From an uncultured Planctomycetia bacterium (GTDB lineage: Bacteria; Omnitrophota; Gorgyraeia; VGKH01; JBHPFN01): a stretch of 64,000 nt of DNA. Below the pieces are notes generated by a model, which was not told where the DNA came from, ran no database searches, and worked only from the letters and a program-made list of their open reading frames with translations. The DNA is taken from contig CAYOSQ010000002.1 of NCBI GenBank assembly GCA_964406665.1, forward strand, positions 182,219 to 246,218. The letters run 5' to 3'. Position numbers and translations under genes: made by a program. This document shows, one piece after another, positions 10,225-20,243 of this stretch. How positions within the stretch are numbered: position 1 is the first letter of the stretch; the number at the start of each line of letters is the position of its first letter.

Positions 10225-11148
10225 CTATTTTCCTCCTAACAAAGAAACTAAAATAGCTTTTTGCACATGCATGCGATTTTCTGCCTGGTCAAAAACTATA
10301 GAATGCTTGCTTTCCATTATATTATCAGCCACTTCCTCTCCATGATGAGCTGGCAAACAGTGCATAAACTTATAATTCTTTTTTGCATTTGACACAAGAT
10401 TTTTGTTTACCTGAAATCCCTTAAAAGCTTTCATTCTTTTAGCTGATTCTTTTTCCTGACCCATGCTGGTCCAAACGTCTGTATAGACGACATCAGCTCC
10501 TTTGACAGTCTTGACAGACCAATTAGATGCAGTGGTGGAAGTAACAACAGTATTTTTTGCTAATGATTGAGCTTCTTTAATAACCTTATTTATTGGCTCG
10601 TATTCTTTTGGTGTTGCAATTTTTAAATTTATTCCTGCAAGCGCACACGCATAAGCAAGCGAATGACAGACATTATTACCGTCACCTACATAGGCTAGCG
10701 TTTTTCCCTTGCAAGTCTTAAGTTTCTCACGAATTGTATAAGCATCAGCCAGTGCTTGGCAAGGATGCAATAAATCTGACAATCCATTTATAACCGGAAT
10801 AGACGAATTTTTTGCCAAATCAACAATATCCTTATGAGAAAACGTCCGCGCAACAATACCATCAAGATAGCGCGAAAGTGTCTGAGCAACATCTTTAGTA
10901 GTTTCGCGCTTTCCTAGTTTTATCTCATCAGGACCTAAATAAATACAGTTGCCACCTAATTGCCAGACTCCTACTTCAAAAGATACGCGCGTACGATTAG
11001 AAGGTTTTTGAAAAACCAGACCGATTGATTTACCCTTAAGTTTCTGAGAATACTTTTTAGAATTTTTCTTTATATCATCAGTTAACTTAAAGAACTTTTC
11101 AATATCTCTTGGTTTATAATCTTTTAAAGCAATAAAATCTTTTTCCAT
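10225..11148 (-). CDS. argF: Ornithine carbamoyltransferase.
   Basis: STRTRVSFE carbamoyl-phosphate motif and HCLPA ornithine-binding motif. Confidence 0.9.
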   Translation of the reverse strand: MEKDFIALKDYKPRDIEKFFKLTDDIKKNSKKYSQKLKGKSIGLVFQKPSNRTRVSFEVGVWQLGGNCIYLGPDEIKLGKRETTKDVAQTLSRYLDGIVARTFSHKDIVDLAKNSSIPVINGLSDLLHPCQALADAYTIREKLKTCKGKTLAYVGDGNNVCHSLAYACALAGINLKIATPKEYEPINKVIKEAQSLAKNTVVTSTTASNWSVKTVKGADVVYTDVWTSMGQEKESAKRMKAFKGFQVNKNLVSNAKKNYKFMHCLPAHHGEEVADNIMESKHSIVFDQAENRMHVQKAILVSLLGGK

Positions 11149-11158
11149 GATTTTTCCT

Positions 11159-12337
11159 TTAAGTTTTGCTTAAAACCTCATCTAATATTCTTATTGCTCG
11201 ATTAATTTGACCCCTTGTTACATTAAGCGCTGGCATCATTCTTAAGATTTTCTCATGTGTACAATTAATGATTAACCCTTTCTCAATGCAATCCTCAACA
11301 ATTTTTTTACCAGAAATTGATAACTCAATACCAATCATCAGCCCGATGCCACGAACTTCTGTTATGCATGGATATTTTTTCTTTAAATCATTAAGTTTTT
11401 TAAAAAGGTTTTCGCTCATTAACTGAGCGTTCTTAAGCAGCTTTTCTTTCTGAATAGATCTAAACATAGCCAGGGCTGCTTTGCAAACAATCGGGCTTCC
11501 ACCAAATGTAGATGCATGCATTCCGGGTTTAAGCGTGTCAGCTATTTCTTTTCGAGCAACCATCACACCCATAGGCAAGCCACCGGCGATAGATTTTGCC
11601 AGAGTCATAATGTCTGGGGTTATGCCATAATTCTGATAACAGAACATTTTAGCTGTTCTTCCCATTCCTGTTTGAACTTCATCAACTATCAAAAGCAAAT
11701 CCTTTTCCTTGCAAAGCTTATCTAAGTCTTTTACAAAATCTTTAGTGGCAACGTTAACTCCACCTTCTCCTTGAACTAATTCCAACATAATAGCAACGGT
11801 TTTGCTACTGATAGCTTTTTTTACGCTGTCGATATTATTAAATTCAACTGCTTTAAAACCAATGGGTATAGGAGAAAAACCTTGTTGGTATTTTTCTTGT
11901 CCTGTTGCCGCAAGTGATGCAAGAGTTCTACCGTGAAAAGAATCCTTAAAGCTGATAATTTCATAACGCTTGTTTTTTCCATAGGCTCGGGCAAATTTTA
12001 TTGCAGCCTCATTTGCTTCAGTCCCGGAATTACCGAAAAACACTTTACCTTTAAATGACCAGAAGATAATCTCTTTTGCAAGTTTTGCCTGAGGGATGTG
12101 ATGCAAGTTATTTGGTATATGAATAAGCTTGCTTACCTGATCCCTAACTGCTGACATTACCTTAGGATGACAATGGCCTAAATTACTTACTCCCCAGCCC
12201 GGGAAGAAATCTAGATATTCTTTATTGTGAATATCAACAAGCTTCATCCCTTTTCCTTTTACGAAAATCAAAGGTGAGCGAGTATAGGTATTTAATATAA
12301 AATCTTTATATGCCTGAAAAACTTGATTTGCTTTCAT
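11159..12337 (-). CDS. argD: Acetylornithine aminotransferase.
   Basis: Class-III aminotransferase pattern (GNSGTEANEAAIK, DEVQTG). Confidence 0.85.
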   Translation of the reverse strand: MKANQVFQAYKDFILNTYTRSPLIFVKGKGMKLVDIHNKEYLDFFPGWGVSNLGHCHPKVMSAVRDQVSKLIHIPNNLHHIPQAKLAKEIIFWSFKGKVFFGNSGTEANEAAIKFARAYGKNKRYEIISFKDSFHGRTLASLAATGQEKYQQGFSPIPIGFKAVEFNNIDSVKKAISSKTVAIMLELVQGEGGVNVATKDFVKDLDKLCKEKDLLLIVDEVQTGMGRTAKMFCYQNYGITPDIMTLAKSIAGGLPMGVMVARKEIADTLKPGMHASTFGGSPIVCKAALAMFRSIQKEKLLKNAQLMSENLFKKLNDLKKKYPCITEVRGIGLMIGIELSISGKKIVEDCIEKGLIINCTHEKILRMMPALNVTRGQINRAIRILDEVLSKT

Positions 12338-12341
12338 TGTC

Positions 12342-13196
12342 TTATGAAATTATTTCCGTTCCGATACCCTTATCAGTAAAAATTTCCAAAAGCAGCGCGT
12401 GAGGAATTCGGGCATCTATTATGTGAGTTTTCTTAACTCCACCTTCCTCTGTTTTAATACAAGCCTGCACCTTAGGAATCATTCCTTCCTGAATAACTCC
12501 TTCTTTAATCAATGCTTTCGCATCCTTTACCTGTAGAGTGGAAAGAAGTGATTCATGATCATGCTGATTACGCATAATTCCTTTTACGTTAGTTAACAGC
12601 ACAAACTTCTCTGCTTTAAGCCCGATGGCTATTGCCGAAGCAGCATCATCAGCATTAATATTGTAAAGCAGACCATCTTCACTTTTTCCCATAGGACAAA
12701 TAACCGGGATGCAATCGAGAGATGTTGCCCTTTTGATTGACGAACAACGCACTTCCTTGATGTCTCCCACAAAGCCTAAGCTTTTCTTGCTCTTTTTTCG
12801 AACAGTTGTAATAAGATTGCGTTTCTCGCCGCTTAACCCCATAGCGCCAGCATGTAGATTCTTTATTTCTCCAACTAATAGCTCATTGAGTTTCTTTAAC
12901 TCCTCATCAACGATTTTTAGAGTATCCGCATTAGTTACTCTTATTCCGTGATGGAACTCGTTCTTTTTTCCTAATGCTTTCATTCTTTCACTTATGTTTG
13001 GCCCTCCCCCGTGAACCAACACAGGTCGTATTCCCATAAAATGAAGGAAAACAATATCCTCAAGGACACTTTTGCGGATACTTTCTTCGCCAAGAATGCT
13101 TCCACCATATTTTATTACCACGGTTTTTTTGCGAAACGCTCTAATATACGGAAGCGCCTCGATTAAAACATCTGCTTTTTTTATAATTGCTTCCAT
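12342..13196 (-). CDS. argB: Acetylglutamate kinase.
   Basis: VVIKYGGS...LVHGGGP amino-acid kinase motifs. Confidence 0.9.
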   Translation of the reverse strand: MEAIIKKADVLIEALPYIRAFRKKTVVIKYGGSILGEESIRKSVLEDIVFLHFMGIRPVLVHGGGPNISERMKALGKKNEFHHGIRVTNADTLKIVDEELKKLNELLVGEIKNLHAGAMGLSGEKRNLITTVRKKSKKSLGFVGDIKEVRCSSIKRATSLDCIPVICPMGKSEDGLLYNINADDAASAIAIGLKAEKFVLLTNVKGIMRNQHDHESLLSTLQVKDAKALIKEGVIQEGMIPKVQACIKTEEGGVKKTHIIDARIPHALLLEIFTDKGIGTEIIS

Positions 13197-13197
13197 T

Positions 13198-14358
13198 CTA
13201 ATTATACCCCGCGTTAATCTTTACATAATCAACGGATAAATCCGAAGTATAAATCGTGCTTTCGTGATCACCCATTTTTAAATCAATATTTATATTAACT
13301 TCTTTTTTTCTAAACGAATCAGTTTCGATAACCACCTTTGAAGGATTAAACTGAACTCCCGATGCTCCCATTGCAGCCATTATCCTACCAGTGTTCTGAT
13401 TTCCTGCAAAAATTGCAACCTTAAGCAAAATTGAATTAGCAACTGCTTTGGCAAGTTTCTTTGCGTCATCTTTTGATCGAGCACCCTTAATCATAACATT
13501 TACAAATTTATTTGCACCCTCAGCATCAGAAACAATCATTTTTGCAAGTGCTAAAGAAACATAAGCCAATGCCGCAGCGAATTGCTTGTAATCTCTGCTG
13601 CTAGATTCGATACATCGGTTATTTGCCATTCCATTAGCTAGAACAAACACCGAATCATTGGTACTTTCTTGCCCATCAACAGTAATGCAATTAAAAGATT
13701 GATCAACTGCACTCTTTAAAGCCTTGCGCAAAGCCCGTGATTCAATTGCCGCATCAGTAGTTATGAATGCCAACATTGTTGCATGTCTGTTTCCTGAGAA
13801 ACTTAAATCAGGATAAATCATCCCAGCACCCTTGGCCATTCCGGCAATTGTTACAGTTTCACCACCTGCTTTAATAGATACCGCTATTTCTTTCGGCTTT
13901 GTATCAGTAGTCATAATTGCCTGTGTGGCAGTATAGTTGTTTGCACAAGACAATCCCTTTACCAGTAGCGGCGCTGCCTTCTCTATTTTTTCAACCGGTA
14001 GTCTTTGATTAATTATACCTGTTGAAGCTGCTAAAACATCAGTTGCGTTAATGCCAAGTTCTTTGGCAATACATGCTGTCATGCGTTTTGCATTATCTAA
14101 TCCTTCTTTTAGTTGAACACAATTAGCATTACCACTATTTACAACAATCGCTTGAGCCCGTTTATTTTTTAAGTGCACTTTATCTAAAACAATGTGTGAA
14201 GCCTTAAAAATGTTTGAAGTAAACATCGCCATAGCAATAGCTGGATTGTGAGAATAAATCAAAGCTAAGTCTTTTTTTCCAGATTTTTTTATCCCGCTAG
14301 CTAAACCGTTTGCCGTAAAGCCAATCGGTGCAGTTACTCCTCCTGAAACAGTTTTCAT
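13198..14358 (-). CDS. argJ: Bifunctional glutamate N-acetyltransferase / amino-acid acetyltransferase.
   Basis: ATMLAFITTDA self-cleavage-site motif (ATML). Confidence 0.9.
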   Translation of the reverse strand: MKTVSGGVTAPIGFTANGLASGIKKSGKKDLALIYSHNPAIAMAMFTSNIFKASHIVLDKVHLKNKRAQAIVVNSGNANCVQLKEGLDNAKRMTACIAKELGINATDVLAASTGIINQRLPVEKIEKAAPLLVKGLSCANNYTATQAIMTTDTKPKEIAVSIKAGGETVTIAGMAKGAGMIYPDLSFSGNRHATMLAFITTDAAIESRALRKALKSAVDQSFNCITVDGQESTNDSVFVLANGMANNRCIESSSRDYKQFAAALAYVSLALAKMIVSDAEGANKFVNVMIKGARSKDDAKKLAKAVANSILLKVAIFAGNQNTGRIMAAMGASGVQFNPSKVVIETDSFRKKEVNINIDLKMGDHESTIYTSDLSVDYVKINAGYN

Positions 14359-15377
14359 AACAACCCTGCCGTTTCTTTAAAATTTCCAATAATATTTAAA
14401 TTCTGCACTGCCTGAGAAGCAGCACCTTTCATTAAATTATCAATTACTGCAACGATAACTAACATCTTTTTTTCTTTAGTGTATGAAATTCCAATATCAC
14501 AGAAATTTGTACCCACAACATCTTTTATTTGAGGAAGTGAGCCTAGTTCACTAATTCTCACAAAAGGCTCTGTTTTATAAAATCTTTTGTACAAACTATG
14601 CAAATCCTTAACTGACGTTTTAGACTTAACTTTAACATAGATAGTCTCAAGAATTCCTCGATTAATAGGTATTAAATGAGGAACAAAATTAACATCAACT
14701 TTTTTTCCTGCTAATTTAGATAACTCTTGATTAATTTCTGGCATATGTTGATGCTGATTGATTTTATATGCCTTAAGGTTCTCATTTATTTCAGAGAAGA
14801 AAAATGGTAATGCCGCTTTTCTTCCGGCACCCGTAACACCAGATTTAGCATCTATCACTATGGAACCGGTGTCGATTAATCCTGAAGTTATCGCAGGCGA
14901 TAAAGATAAAATTGCTGCCGTAGGATAGCACCCGGGATTAGCAATAAGTTTTGCACCTCGAATATCTTCCCTGTAAAATTCCGGTAAACCGTATACAGCG
15001 TTTTTTATGTTTGTTTTATCCTTATGGGCTACACCGTACCAATCTTTATAAGTGTTAGAATCATTTAATCTATAATCTGCACTTAAATCAATTACCTTCT
15101 TACCCGCCTTTAACAATTCAGACGAAATCAACATAGCGACAGTATGTGGAACAGCTAAGAATAAAACATCGCAAGAATCAATTGCCTGTTTAAGATTAAA
15201 ATTATCACAGACTAGGTTAATCTTACCTGAATACTTAGGAAAGATGTTGCAAATGTTTTCTTTTTTATCAATTTTAGCGGATACATATGTAATTCTTACA
15301 TTAGAATGATTAAGTAAGATATCAATCAATGTTTCTCCGGTATAACCGGTTGCTCCGACTATTCCTACCTTTAACAT
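14355..15377 (-). CDS. argC: N-acetyl-gamma-glutamyl-phosphate reductase.
   Basis: VGIVGATGYTG N-terminus and NPGCYPT active-site Cys motif. Confidence 0.9.
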   Translation of the reverse strand: MLKVGIVGATGYTGETLIDILLNHSNVRITYVSAKIDKKENICNIFPKYSGKINLVCDNFNLKQAIDSCDVLFLAVPHTVAMLISSELLKAGKKVIDLSADYRLNDSNTYKDWYGVAHKDKTNIKNAVYGLPEFYREDIRGAKLIANPGCYPTAAILSLSPAITSGLIDTGSIVIDAKSGVTGAGRKAALPFFFSEINENLKAYKINQHQHMPEINQELSKLAGKKVDVNFVPHLIPINRGILETIYVKVKSKTSVKDLHSLYKRFYKTEPFVRISELGSLPQIKDVVGTNFCDIGISYTKEKKMLVIVAVIDNLMKGAASQAVQNLNIIGNFKETAGLL

Positions 15378-15556
15378 TATTACCGCCTTTTTAATATAGC
15401 TGCTTTAGTTTAAATATTTATAGAGAATTTAGCGACAAGCTGAGAAACTCTATATTCCTAATAATATCATATTTCCCGCCGAGGTCAACACATTTTTCGT
15501 CGGAAATAGACCTCAATCTACAGAACTAGAATTAATTAGCTCGACGATAAAATAAA

Positions 15557-15582
15557 AAGCGCCAAAACCTTTTGGCGCTTTA
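15557..15582 (-). terminator. Intrinsic terminator downstream of rpsI.
   Basis: aaagcgccaaaa-cc-ttttggcgcttt is a perfect hairpin flanked by A/T runs. Confidence 0.7.
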
Positions 15583-15609
15583 AGAACAAATGTATTTAAA
15601 AATCTCGAA

Positions 15610-16005
15610 TTATCTCTTAGTCCACTGGAATTTCTTTCGTGCCCCCTTCTGTCCGTATTTCTTGCGCTCTTTCCTACGAGAGTCTCTTCTTAGGTAACCC
15701 TCTTTTTTCAAACTTGAGTGCAGCTCTTCATCAGCTCGATCCAGTGCTCTAGCAATACCCATTCTTAAGGCGCCAGCCTGTCCAGAAACACCACCACCAT
15801 TAACTCTTGCAAAGATATCAAATTTCGCAGTGCTCTCTGTTGTAACCAACGGTTGCAAGATAAGAATCCTGTCAGTCTCACGCATAAAGTAGTCTTCTAG
15901 CCTGCGTCCGTTTATCTTAAAGTTACCTTTTCCAGCTGTTAAGCGTACGCGGGCAATAGACTTTTTTCTTCTACCAGTTGCTATGAAAGTTGTCTTCTCT
16001 GACAT
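15610..16005 (-). CDS. rpsI: 30S ribosomal protein S9.
   Basis: GGGVSGQAGALRMGIARAL...KKFQWTKR C-terminus. Confidence 0.95.
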   Translation of the reverse strand: MSEKTTFIATGRRKKSIARVRLTAGKGNFKINGRRLEDYFMRETDRILILQPLVTTESTAKFDIFARVNGGGVSGQAGALRMGIARALDRADEELHSSLKKEGYLRRDSRRKERKKYGQKGARKKFQWTKR

Positions 16006-16008
16006 TAA

Positions 16009-16440
16009 TTAAACCTCCAACTTCTTAGGATTCTGTGCTTTATGCAGATGATCTTCTCCTGCGTACACCTTAAGTTTTCCAAATATCTTTTTACCCAAAT
16101 GATTCTTAGGCAACATTCTTTTGATTGCTAACGATATAACTTTATCAGGACGTTTTTTGAGCATAGTTTCTAAGGTCGTGCTTCTTAATCCACTCGGATA
16201 TCCCGTGTAGTGTGTATAGACTTTTTCTTTTAATTTCTTACCTGTTACGCGAATCTTTGCTGCATTTGTAATAATAACAAAATCTCCAGTATCAATATGA
16301 GGAGTAAAAATAGGCTTGTGCTTTCCTCTTAATATAGCAGCAACTTTTGCCGCCAACCGACCTAAAATTTTATCCGTAGCATCGACAACATACCACTTTG
16401 CTTTTATGTCTTTTTCTTTTGCAACATACGTCTTTTTCAT
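16009..16440 (-). CDS. rplM: 50S ribosomal protein L13.
   Basis: KWYVVDA...LGRLA N-terminus; 143 aa. Confidence 0.95.
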   Translation of the reverse strand: MKKTYVAKEKDIKAKWYVVDATDKILGRLAAKVAAILRGKHKPIFTPHIDTGDFVIITNAAKIRVTGKKLKEKVYTHYTGYPSGLRSTTLETMLKKRPDKVISLAIKRMLPKNHLGKKIFGKLKVYAGEDHLHKAQNPKKLEV

Positions 16441-16543
16441 TAAAAATCCTTATTAATTTAATTATATCCTTTTCACGAGTTGAACCTGTGGAAGCCTTAA
16501 TGATTCACAAGAGTTATACTTATATCATTTATTTTAAATCTTG

Positions 16544-17287
16544 TCAATAGTTAACTTTCATAAGACATAAGCCTTTGGCAGGAACGGTAGATCCGGCAAA
16601 TTTTCGGTTTTTAAGCCTTAAAATACGCTTAATACTTCCTTTTGCTAGCCTTCCCCTGCCAATATCAATTAGAGTTCCCACAATATTTCTAGCCATTTTG
16701 TACAAAAAACCCTCGGCTTCAATATCAAAATATATAAACCCATTGTGTTTTTTAATGGTTATTTTCTTTAATCTGCGAATTGAGCTACGCTCTTTCTTTT
16801 CAGCAGCTTGAAAACTCTTAAAATTATGCCTGCCTACTAGTTCCTCAGACTCCTTGCGCATCAAATTAAGATCTAGCTTATACAAGCAGCGATAATGGTA
16901 CTGTCTGTTAAAAATGGGCTTTTCAGGGCTATTTAACAATGAATACCTATAAACTTTAGATTTAACATCAAATCTTGCATGGAAATTTGAAAGAACTTCC
17001 CGAATATTACTTATGCCAATATCTTCTGGTAAGGTTGCATTCAACGAGCGCTTAATTTCTTTCCCAGATAGATCTCTTGCGGTTTTGAAATTGGCAACCT
17101 GAGCTAACGCGTGCACACCGCTATCTGTCCTGCCCGAACCAACAAGTGAAACCTTTTCTCGCAAAATTCTACCTAGAGCTTTCTCAATCGTACCCTGAAT
17201 AGTCTTTGTGGAAGGCTTTCTTTTTTGAGTCTGCCAACCATTATAGTTAGTTCCTTGATACTCAATAGTAATTTTGAAGTTTCTCAT
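16544..17287 (-). CDS. truA: tRNA pseudouridine(38-40) synthase.
   Basis: IEYQGTNYNGWQ...GSGRTDSGVHA catalytic-Asp motif. Confidence 0.85.
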   Translation of the reverse strand: MRNFKITIEYQGTNYNGWQTQKRKPSTKTIQGTIEKALGRILREKVSLVGSGRTDSGVHALAQVANFKTARDLSGKEIKRSLNATLPEDIGISNIREVLSNFHARFDVKSKVYRYSLLNSPEKPIFNRQYHYRCLYKLDLNLMRKESEELVGRHNFKSFQAAEKKERSSIRRLKKITIKKHNGFIYFDIEAEGFLYKMARNIVGTLIDIGRGRLAKGSIKRILRLKNRKFAGSTVPAKGLCLMKVNY

Positions 17288-17304
17288 AAAATTGTGGATT
17301 AATT

Positions 17305-18327
17305 CTAGAGCAGTTCTTGCTTAACTACTTCTTCAGCAATCTGGATGGCGTTTAGTGCGGCACCTTTGCGAAGATTATCTGATACAACCCATAACCAAAG
17401 ACCAGTTTCAACATATGGATCTTTGCGAATGCGTCCGATAAACACCTCATCTTTTCCTTCACAATCAATGGGCATAGGGTAAACATTGTTAACAACATCA
17501 TCAACCAGCTTTATGCCGGGCGAATCAGAAAATACCTTCTTAATTTCTACAATAGGCATCTGCTTAGCAGTTTCAATATATATTGCTTCAGAATGGCCGG
17601 TTTTCACAGGAACCCTAACAGTAGTTGCAGAAATCTTAATATTTTCATCGTGCATAATCTTTTGAGTCTCATGAACCATTTTCCATTCTTCTGAAGTAAA
17701 ATCAGAATCAGAAAATCCGCCAATTTGAGGAATTACATTAAATGCAAATGGTCGAACAAGCTTTGAAGAAAAATTCGAAACTGCTGGAGATGAAAAATCT
17801 ATATCTATATTGACTTCACCTTCTAACTGCTTAACCGCACTTCTACCAGCTCCAGAAACAGCCTGATAACTAGAGACAATTACTCTCTTTAGCCCAGCAA
17901 CTTTGTAAATGGGGTTAAGTGCAACAACCATTTGTATAGTTGAACAGTTAGGATTAGAAATAATCCCGTTATGTTTTTTTACGTCTTCAGGGTTGACCTC
18001 AGGAACCACTAGGGGAACATCTGGCTCCATTCTAAAGTCAGCACCATTATCTATAACAATAGCACCTCTTTTTTTAGCTTCAGGAGCAAAGGTTACAGCG
18101 GCACCCTTTTCTCCCTCAGTACCAGCGAACAAAGCAATGTTTATGTCTTTAAAACCATCGTTGTTTATTTGCTCAACAGAATAAGTTTTATCGTCAACAG
18201 ATATTTCTCTAGCACTTCTGGCAAAAACACGTAATTCACCGATGGGGAAATTTCGCTGCGCTAAAATACGCAACATCTCCTCACCTACTGCACCAACTCC
18301 AACAACTGCAACATTATATTTTTCCAT
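17305..18327 (-). CDS. asd: Aspartate-semialdehyde dehydrogenase.
   Basis: VAVVGVGAVGEEMLRIL N-terminus and NPNCSTI catalytic-Cys motif. Confidence 0.9.
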   Translation of the reverse strand: MEKYNVAVVGVGAVGEEMLRILAQRNFPIGELRVFARSAREISVDDKTYSVEQINNDGFKDINIALFAGTEGEKGAAVTFAPEAKKRGAIVIDNGADFRMEPDVPLVVPEVNPEDVKKHNGIISNPNCSTIQMVVALNPIYKVAGLKRVIVSSYQAVSGAGRSAVKQLEGEVNIDIDFSSPAVSNFSSKLVRPFAFNVIPQIGGFSDSDFTSEEWKMVHETQKIMHDENIKISATTVRVPVKTGHSEAIYIETAKQMPIVEIKKVFSDSPGIKLVDDVVNNVYPMPIDCEGKDEVFIGRIRKDPYVETGLWLWVVSDNLRKGAALNAIQIAEEVVKQELL

Positions 18328-18331
18328 TTTA

Positions 18332-18676
18332 TTATATATTTTTTTCAGCGATATCGCCTGCTAAAGGAAGCTTAAAGCATTCTCCCTTATAAGCCTTAAC
18401 CATTAAAATAACCCAAAGTACAATATTTAAAACGCCAACTATTGGTATCAAGATCCAGCCAAGAACTGGCACAAAAGGCAAAACTATGCTAAAGACAAAC
18501 AATCCTCCAAACACAACAGTGGATTGCATTGCATGAAACCTAACAAATTTATTGTTTTTCTCCAGGACAATAAAAATTATTCCGGAGACAAATCCCAAAA
18601 GATAACATAAAAGTGCGGCCACATTTGGCTGAAGCCCAACCTCCGTTGTACCTAAATCTTTTTGTTCATCAACCAT
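18332..18676 (-). CDS. Small integral membrane protein (DUF4870-like).
   Basis: Three predicted TM helices; the ALLCYLLGFVSGIIFIVLEKNNKFVRFHAMQS pattern recurs in DUF4870 proteins. Confidence 0.5.
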   Translation of the reverse strand: MVDEQKDLGTTEVGLQPNVAALLCYLLGFVSGIIFIVLEKNNKFVRFHAMQSTVVFGGLFVFSIVLPFVPVLGWILIPIVGVLNIVLWVILMVKAYKGECFKLPLAGDIAEKNI

Positions 18677-18690
18677 TTAGCACCCCCCTC

Positions 18691-19746
18691 TTAGAAATTT
18701 TCAATTACCAAGTCTCCAACTTCCTGGGTGGAATATCCCATCTTTCCAGCACCGAGACTTTTTAACTTTGTTTGTGTAATCTTTATAACAGAATCCTCAA
18801 CCATCTTAGCAGCTTTATCTTCCCCTAATGTTTCCAGCATCATAGAAAGCGCGCAAATTGCAGCTAAAGGATTAATAACATTCTTTCCTGTATATTTAGG
18901 CGCAGAACCACCTATAGGTTCAAACATAGATACGCCTTCTGGATTAATATTTCCGCCGGCAGCAATACCCATTCCCCCTTGGACCATTGCACCCAGATCA
19001 GTTATGATGTCACCGAACATATTATCTGTCACAATAACATCGAACCATTCAGGATTTTTTACAAACCACATACAAGTAGCATCAACGTGAGCATAGTCAG
19101 TTTTTATATCCGAATATTCTTTTGCCACTTCATTAAACGTTCTTTCCCAAAGATCCCAGGCATAAGTTAATACATTTGTTTTTCCACAAAGCGTTACCTG
19201 TTTTCTCATGTTTCTTTTTCTTGCATATTCAAACGCATAACGGATACAGCGCTCAACGCCTTTTCTGGTATTGTGGGAAATCTGAATAGCTACTTCATCT
19301 TTTGAATCTTTATTCTGGAATTCTCCCATTCCTTTATAGAGACCCTCTGAGTTTTCTCTTACAACCACAAAATCAATATCCTCAGGACCTTTATCTTTTA
19401 CAGGACAAAAATCAGCATTATACAACTTAACCGGACGCAGATTGATATATTGATCCAGGCTGAAACGAAGTTTAAGTAGCAAACCTTTTTCTAAAATCCC
19501 TGGTTTTACATCAGGATGACCCACAGCACCAAGATAAATAGTTGACATACCTCTTAATTCATCTATATCAGCATCAGATATAATTTCGCCGGTCTTTAAA
19601 TATCTGTCACCGCCAAAATCATACTCTTTGGTTTCGTACTTAAAACCAACTTTAGAAGCAACAGCTTCTAAAACTTTAAGGCCTTCTCTTACAACTTCTG
19701 GGCCCGTTCCGTCGCCGGGGAGAACTGCAATTTTGTAAGCGCTCAT
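18691..19746 (-). CDS. leuB: 3-isopropylmalate dehydrogenase (isocitrate/isopropylmalate dehydrogenase family).
   Basis: IAVLPGDGTGPEV N-terminus; adjacent to leuD and leuC. Confidence 0.8.
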   Translation of the reverse strand: MSAYKIAVLPGDGTGPEVVREGLKVLEAVASKVGFKYETKEYDFGGDRYLKTGEIISDADIDELRGMSTIYLGAVGHPDVKPGILEKGLLLKLRFSLDQYINLRPVKLYNADFCPVKDKGPEDIDFVVVRENSEGLYKGMGEFQNKDSKDEVAIQISHNTRKGVERCIRYAFEYARKRNMRKQVTLCGKTNVLTYAWDLWERTFNEVAKEYSDIKTDYAHVDATCMWFVKNPEWFDVIVTDNMFGDIITDLGAMVQGGMGIAAGGNINPEGVSMFEPIGGSAPKYTGKNVINPLAAICALSMMLETLGEDKAAKMVEDSVIKITQTKLKSLGAGKMGYSTQEVGDLVIENF

Positions 19747-20243
19747 TTTCTACTTCTTCCTTTTTCTTTTTTAACCCAATTCATCAAACCACCTGCCTTT
19801 ACCAATCCCTGCATAAATTCAGGAAAGCTTTTTGAGTTGTATGTTTTGTGTTGTGATAGATTTCTTATAACACCTTTTTTTAGATCTACCTCAAGTAAAT
19901 CCTGCTGCCTAATATTTTTAGCCTGCGATAACTCAATAATTGGTAATCCGATATTAATTGCGTTTCTAAAAAATATTCTAGCAAAGCTTTGGGCGATTAC
20001 GCAAGATATCCCAGCACCCTTTATAGCCCTGGGTGCATGCTCGCGTGAAGAACCACAGCCAAAATTTTTTCCTGCAACAATTATATCAGACTTCTTTATA
20101 TTTTTAATAAAATCTTTGTCGATATTTTCCATGCACAGTTTTCCCAGCTCTTTTTCATCAGTAAGGTTCAAATACTGTGCTGCAATTATATCATCAGTAT
20201 TAATATCATCACCGAACTTATATGCTCTTCCTTTTAAAATCAT
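19743..20243 (-). CDS. leuD: 3-isopropylmalate dehydratase small subunit (short archaeal type).
   Basis: 166 aa, with the GDDINTDDII motif. Confidence 0.8.
   Translation of the reverse strand: MILKGRAYKFGDDINTDDIIAAQYLNLTDEKELGKLCMENIDKDFIKNIKKSDIIVAGKNFGCGSSREHAPRAIKGAGISCVIAQSFARIFFRNAINIGLPIIELSQAKNIRQQDLLEVDLKKGVIRNLSQHKTYNSKSFPEFMQGLVKAGGLMNWVKKEKGRSRK

Noticed and set aside
15378-15609. ArgR operator or T-box in the arg leader region
   Set aside because: I could not find a convincing ARG-box palindrome or T-box specifier/antiterminator by eye. Only a generic inverted repeat (gaggtc...gacctc) is present, so this is left unannotated.
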